This document shows, in pieces, positions 59,500-64,000 of a DNA stretch of 64,000 nt. The first letter of the stretch is position 1. Each line of letters starts with the position of its first letter. Source of the DNA: a virus (taxonomy: Duplodnaviria > Caudoviricetes). The notes beneath the pieces were generated by a model. The model had not been told where the DNA came from, made no database searches, and worked only from the letters and a program-made list of their open reading frames with translations. Made by a program: the position numbers and the translations under genes. Location of the stretch: positions 269,613-333,612 of the IMG/VR virus record IMGVR_UViG_3300027804_000001, one strand, 5' to 3'.

Positions 59500-61398
59500 T
59501 TAACTTGCAGATAAATCACCAACTAACCACCAAACGTCGCTACCTTTATAAATTAAAGATGCTCCCGAATATTGATATTGTAGGAATGTGTTATTATTTG
59601 AAGAATAGATTGTTACCCCCGAGTCGGCAAGAATTTGTACGGTTCCAGTACCTGATCTAATTATCATGATTTGTGATCCATTTAAATATGGAACTGATGA
59701 ATTTAATGGTACGGTAACTGTCAAATTTGTAGACCCATTCATTTCAACTACAGTATCTCTATCACTAATTGACAATGTGTAATTATTTGTTTGTGTGTTT
59801 GTACTAACTAATGTGTCTCCACTTGTACCAGAAGTTCCTGAAGTACCATCGGAACCTGAAGTTCCTGATGTTCCATTCGCACCAGAATTAGTATAAAAAA
59901 CACTATAAATCTCATCGGATTGTATTCCTTGTAAACTATTTCCTGCTAAATCCTCAACGTAAACTGTAATTTGTGAACCTGAAACAATATTTGTTACCCT
60001 ATAAATTCCAAAATTTTCTGGATTACCAATTTTTGTAAAATGAAATATTGTTCCTATTTCTATTCCATTTAGAAAATTAATTGCATTATCTGTGCTGGCA
60101 ACTGAGTTCGTGTTGTTATTCCAAGATGTATTATTAAATAAGAAATAATCCACAGACAAATACTGATTACTTGGTCCTATATTGAAATAACCTTCATTTG
60201 AAGGGTTTCCTTTTTTCCATGTTAATCCAAGTATTGATGATTGTCCTGATGTTCCAGAAGTACCTGATGAACCACTAGAACCTGATGTACCAGAAGTTCC
60301 ACTTGTACCTGATGAACCACTAGAACCTGATGTACCAGAAGTTCCACTTGTACCTGATGTACCGTCAAGTCCTGATGGTAAATTTGTTAATTGACTACCG
60401 TCACCAATAAAGTAAGAACCCGAAACCCAACCGTCTACTTTTAAATTGTTATCCATTTTCACACTACCACTAAACTCAGTTTTAAAACCATAAGAAGCAG
60501 ATGGAATTGAATAAAATTGTTCTGATGGTTTTTCAATAAAAAATCCTAAAGTGTTATTGTTATAAATGGATATGGCTGGATTTTCCCAAGCCCCTGCACC
60601 AAACAAATGTAAATGTGCGGAACCACTAACACCATGAATACCCATTGCACCAACATACATTTGTCCATCTTGACTATAAAGATATCCATCTCCTTGACGA
60701 CCAACATAATCGCCAGTATAATTTGATGAATTTATACCCAAATCTACATATGAAGAACTTTCGGTACCAACATTATTCCACAATACTAAATCGGCAGATG
60801 CATCTGACCCACTATTAAAATTTTTAATGTTTACTTGTGCATAACCATCAACCGTTGCGGTTTGAAAAGTTGCAATGTTAAAATTACCTGACCCAACCAT
60901 AAGTCTCTCTGCAGGATCACTAAACGCGTCCGTACCTAAACCTAAAGTTTGATTATTTGAATCAACATGAAAAACATCTGAAGATGTTATTGATTGTGGT
61001 CCTGTAAAGAAAGCCAAATGACTACCACTACCTGATATGTCTAATTGAACCTCATTTAATGATAAAGAACCCTTAATTTTTACACTACCTGTGAAATTAT
61101 GTTTATCATCATTACTATTACCAAAATTAGAAGAACCACTAATAGTTTCAGTTGTGACATTTGTAATTGAAGAACTTAAAATATATTCTTGAGCTGTTAA
61201 TGAACCACTAATAACTAAATTTCCATTTATTGTTTGACTTCCTGTAAAATAATGTGAACCACTATCAACAAGTATTTGTCTAAGATGATTTAAGTTATGT
61301 TGAAAGGTTGTACCTGAATATACAACTGTGGTTACACCACTTAAAGGTAAACTTGATAATGAACCACTATTTAATTGTGAAATTTTTTTCCCTGCCAT
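59500..61398 (-). CDS. Tail fibre-like protein with Gly-Thr-Ser triplet repeats
   Basis: [10 protein letters not shown]-terminus; (G[TS]S)n tracts; C-terminal [10 protein letters not shown]....V.M...LTVTVP domain. Confidence 0.7.
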   Translation of the reverse strand: MAGKKISQLNSGSLSSLPLSGVTTVVYSGTTFQHNLNHLRQILVDSGSHYFTGSQTINGNLVISGSLTAQEYILSSSITNVTTETISGSSNFGNSNDDKHNFTGSVKIKGSLSLNEVQLDISGSGSHLAFFTGPQSITSSDVFHVDSNNQTLGLGTDAFSDPAERLMVGSGNFNIATFQTATVDGYAQVNIKNFNSGSDASADLVLWNNVGTESSSYVDLGINSSNYTGDYVGRQGDGYLYSQDGQMYVGAMGIHGVSGSAHLHLFGAGAWENPAISIYNNNTLGFFIEKPSEQFYSIPSASYGFKTEFSGSVKMDNNLKVDGWVSGSYFIGDGSQLTNLPSGLDGTSGTSGTSGTSGSSGSSGTSGTSGTSGSSGSSGTSGTSGQSSILGLTWKKGNPSNEGYFNIGPSNQYLSVDYFLFNNTSWNNNTNSVASTDNAINFLNGIEIGTIFHFTKIGNPENFGIYRVTNIVSGSQITVYVEDLAGNSLQGIQSDEIYSVFYTNSGANGTSGTSGSDGTSGTSGTSGDTLVSTNTQTNNYTLSISDRDTVVEMNGSTNLTVTVPLNSSVPYLNGSQIMIIRSGTGTVQILADSGVTIYSSNNNTFLQYQYSGASLIYKGSDVWWLVGDLSAS

Positions 61399-61411
61399 TT
61401 ATATAAATATT

Positions 61412-62311
61412 TTAATAAATTATTTGTACATTATCTTCTGTTAACAAATCTTCGTTTATTTCTGTTAAAACACCATTTGTAATTAAACCAATCACATCAT
61501 CTTCACAATCTGCACCACATATATAAAAGTCAAAATCATTTAATTTTGTTAAGAAGTTATTTCTAATCTGAATGAAATCTAATGGTTGTTCAGTATAAGT
61601 TACTTCTAATATGTTGAACTGTGTTTCTCCTGTGTGAATGTTCAAATAACCCGTAGTTCCTCCTCCCCATGTTTGAATTAGATTTTTTTCTGAACCTCTT
61701 TTAGTGGGTATTACCTCTTCCCAATCTTCTAATTTATAAATTGGTCTTCCGTTTAGGTATATTTTTAAAACACCTAATCTTCTATATCTTTCATTTGACC
61801 ACTTTTTATTTAAAAATTCATCTTCACTTTCATAGGTCATTAATTGTGTAGATGTTACCGCACTAACTTCAGTATCTTGATATTCGTTAATCTGCCAACC
61901 TAACATGTCGTTTTTACCACCACTATTCTTTAAATCACAACCACTATATTTTTTATATCTGTCGAATACTATTGTTACATTAAAATCTTTATTTGCATCT
62001 GTTGTACATAATTGGGGTGTTTGTCCTGAAGAAATGTAATATAATTCCGTATAACCTGTTGCGGTCTCACAAACACCCGAATATCTATATGCTTCCCATT
62101 TTATTCTACCGTCATCGGTAAATGAAAATGATAAGTTATTATCGGCAAATTTCCTTTGTTCGGTTTCACCACTGATTCCCCAATAATAAAAGGTACTACC
62201 ATCTGACCATGAATTACCATCTCTATTAAAAACAAAATCCAGTGTCCATCCTTTTTCAGTTCTTGTTCTGATATAAGGGGTACCCGATTCTAAAATATAT
62301 GTTGTTGCCAT
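61412..62311 (-). CDS. Hypothetical virion protein, possibly LamG/ConA-like fold
   Basis: WTLDFVF...VTIVFDR...LKIYLNG pattern; fibre cluster. Confidence 0.5.
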   Translation of the reverse strand: MATTYILESGTPYIRTRTEKGWTLDFVFNRDGNSWSDGSTFYYWGISGETEQRKFADNNLSFSFTDDGRIKWEAYRYSGVCETATGYTELYYISSGQTPQLCTTDANKDFNVTIVFDRYKKYSGCDLKNSGGKNDMLGWQINEYQDTEVSAVTSTQLMTYESEDEFLNKKWSNERYRRLGVLKIYLNGRPIYKLEDWEEVIPTKRGSEKNLIQTWGGGTTGYLNIHTGETQFNILEVTYTEQPLDFIQIRNNFLTKLNDFDFYICGADCEDDVIGLITNGVLTEINEDLLTEDNVQIIY

Positions 62312-62336
62312 TATCTATAAATAGTTATTTTTTTTA

Positions 62337-63998
62337 TTATGATAATTTTATATAACCATAACTAATTGTTTGTGATGTTCCACTATTGTTTGTTATACCA
62401 AACCTAAATACATTTGAAGTATTTGGTGCGTATGATGTTGGTGTATTTGAAATACTACCATTTGTTCCCGTAATTTGGTCAGGCATTGCAGTTAAAACTA
62501 ATGCATTACCTGCTGTGTAATACCAACCATATTGAGAACCAACTACCGGAACATTGTTATTTGATGTTGTTACAGTTGCGTTCCAAGTTATAATACCATT
62601 TGGAATATTACCATTTACCCACATTGTATATGAAGCACCGGCTTCTACTGTAAAACTTTGTGTAGACGCACCGGTCGGTACTGTCCATGTTCCTGTCGTT
62701 TTTGTTAGAACATTACCACCTGTACCTGTAACATTCAAGTTGCCACCAACTGTAACATTGCCAGTTGTGGTCATTGTGTCAAGAGCGTTGAGGGCAAAGA
62801 TTGCGTTCATTGCTTTGACATAGGCACTACTACCTACACCCAAAGTTGTTGTAATACCACCTGCTTGAACGCCCAATACTCTGATTTTTACCGTTTGATT
62901 GGTTGAGGGAGTATAAACTAACTTGCTGATTATGTTGAAGTTTTGCTGTGCATAATTATAGTTGTAACTGTATGCTGTGGCAAATGATCCACTATCACCG
63001 TCCAATGCGGTGTTGGTAGTGGCATCAACCCAGTCATACTGCACATATGGATCATTATTACTTCCACTAAAACTCCAATTTGGAGTAAATGACAACTCGT
63101 AAGTTGTGCCAGCAGTCAGTGTATAAACACCAGTGCTGGTATTGTATGACACTGAACTACCCACAGATTTGTCTGTGGTGTTTAATATAATGTCAGTATT
63201 GGTAGTGACACTTTGACCGCTACCTGTTCTTGTGGTTGCTATGTAGTTTGTAGCAACCGTGCCAGTAGCAGTAGATTGAATTGCTATGGTGGGATTGACC
63301 TGTGTAATTTCAATACTTGCATATGCACTACTAACAGTAATTGTATTTACAGTAGTTTGTCTTAATTCGTATGTAGTATTAACCGATGGAGTTACATAAT
63401 GAGTTGCTATACCGGTTGATGCCACACCGGCACCACTTGTTGTTAGTTCACCAAATGCTTCAATACCAACATAGGTACTATTTGTAACATCATACCACCT
63501 AAATGTTCCCCAACTACTAGTTGATGTAAATCTTCTAATAATAGCTTCCAATTTATAGGTATTACCTGCGGTTAGTGTTACTTGTGTATTTGAACCTTTT
63601 GTAATTAAAGAACCATTTGATGCACTTGTTGTTTGAAAACTTATTGCAGTTCCATTTCCAACACCAGTTTGTTCAGCGTTATTTTGTGCTAGTAAATAAC
63701 TACCATTAGCCACACCATAAGTTGTTGGCTGACCGTTTACAATTACATTATCAAATGAACCTGTTGGAGCCGTTAAAGTTGTTCCACTATATGTTAAACC
63801 TGATTGAACGGTTGCGTTTGTTCCTGAACCATTATATGTTATTAAACCACCGGCTGTTGAACCTGTTAGTGTTACTAAACCTGATGTTCCGCTAGTACCA
63901 CTTGTTCCCGCCGTTCCCGATGAACCACTAGTTCCGCTTGATCCGCTAGAACCTGATGTTCCTGATGTTCCGCTAGTACCACTTGTTCCCGCCGTTCC
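62337..63998 (-). CDS. Tail fibre-like protein with GTS collagen-like repeats and C1q/TNF-like domains; 5' end beyond window
   Basis: Frame is open from 63998 through the ORF-track GTG at 63713 (GTAGTSGTSG...); YNTSTGVYTLTAGTTYELSF resembles C1q-like motif. Confidence 0.75.
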   Translation of the reverse strand, partial: GTAGTSGTSGTSGTSGSSGSSGTSGSSGTAGTSGTSGTSGLVTLTGSTAGGLITYNGSGTNATVQSGLTYSGTTLTAPTGSFDNVIVNGQPTTYGVANGSYLLAQNNAEQTGVGNGTAISFQTTSASNGSLITKGSNTQVTLTAGNTYKLEAIIRRFTSTSSWGTFRWYDVTNSTYVGIEAFGELTTSGAGVASTGIATHYVTPSVNTTYELRQTTVNTITVSSAYASIEITQVNPTIAIQSTATGTVATNYIATTRTGSGQSVTTNTDIILNTTDKSVGSSVSYNTSTGVYTLTAGTTYELSFTPNWSFSGSNNDPYVQYDWVDATTNTALDGDSGSFATAYSYNYNYAQQNFNIISKLVYTPSTNQTVKIRVLGVQAGGITTTLGVGSSAYVKAMNAIFALNALDTMTTTGNVTVGGNLNVTGTGGNVLTKTTGTWTVPTGASTQSFTVEAGASYTMWVNGNIPNGIITWNATVTTSNNNVPVVGSQYGWYYTAGNALVLTAMPDQITGTNGSISNTPTSYAPNTSNVFRFGITNNSGTSQTISYGYIKLS

Positions 63999-64000
63999 CG

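Noticed and set aside
4776-62823. Remaining short ORFs nested in or antisense to long genes (e.g. 22426..22770, 37434..37964, 38928..39374, 45541..45817, 48400..48642)
   Set aside because: Fully overlap well-supported genes or terminators, have no recognisable motifs and are expected from codon bias.
1-64000. Alternative genetic code (TAG or TGA reassignment, as in some large phages)
   Set aside because: Code 11 ORFs tile the window with intact enzyme motifs; TAG (44057) and TGA (36942, 37265) end genes at sensible boundaries.
2000-64000. CRISPR array or DGR template/variable repeat among the many repeats
   Set aside because: Repeats are in-frame coding triplet/hexamer units without unique spacers; no adenine-specific mismatch pair and no reverse transcriptase or cas gene seen.

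Overview
AT-rich, gene-dense segment of a large contractile-tailed (T4-like myovirus/jumbo-type) bacteriophage genome, standard genetic code, almost all genes on the minus strand. It carries most of the tail/neck module (neck gp13/gp14-like, tail terminator, sheath, tube, tail chaperone pair, tape measure, baseplate hub, wedge gp6/gp7/gp25/gp53-like, several fibre/adhesin proteins with Thr-Pro or Gly-Thr-Ser repeats). A replication/nucleotide cluster is interleaved (family B DNA polymerase, SNF2 helicase, SSB, RecA/UvsX, 5'-3' exonuclease, DnaB-like helicase, class I RNR, Dps-like protein). A Bacteroidota host is inferred from a TTTG-N20-TAnnTTTG promoter, lack of Shine-Dalgarno motifs, SprB-like repeats and a Flavobacterium-type NrdB. 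No tRNA, rRNA, CRISPR array, integrase, transposase, intron or intein was recognised. Most notable observations: a [ST]-G-x-T motif enriched in virion proteins but nearly absent from replication enzymes (candidate virion glycosylation sequon, with mucin-like stalks); a probable +1 frameshift fusing the two tail chaperone ORFs; a structured sheath-tube intergenic region with a parS-like site; an unlisted ribbon-helix-helix gene with 10-bp direct repeats; a TATTTAT motif just upstream of most gene starts; and a candidate structured RNA behind nrdA. All assignments are by eye from motifs; no database searches were run.
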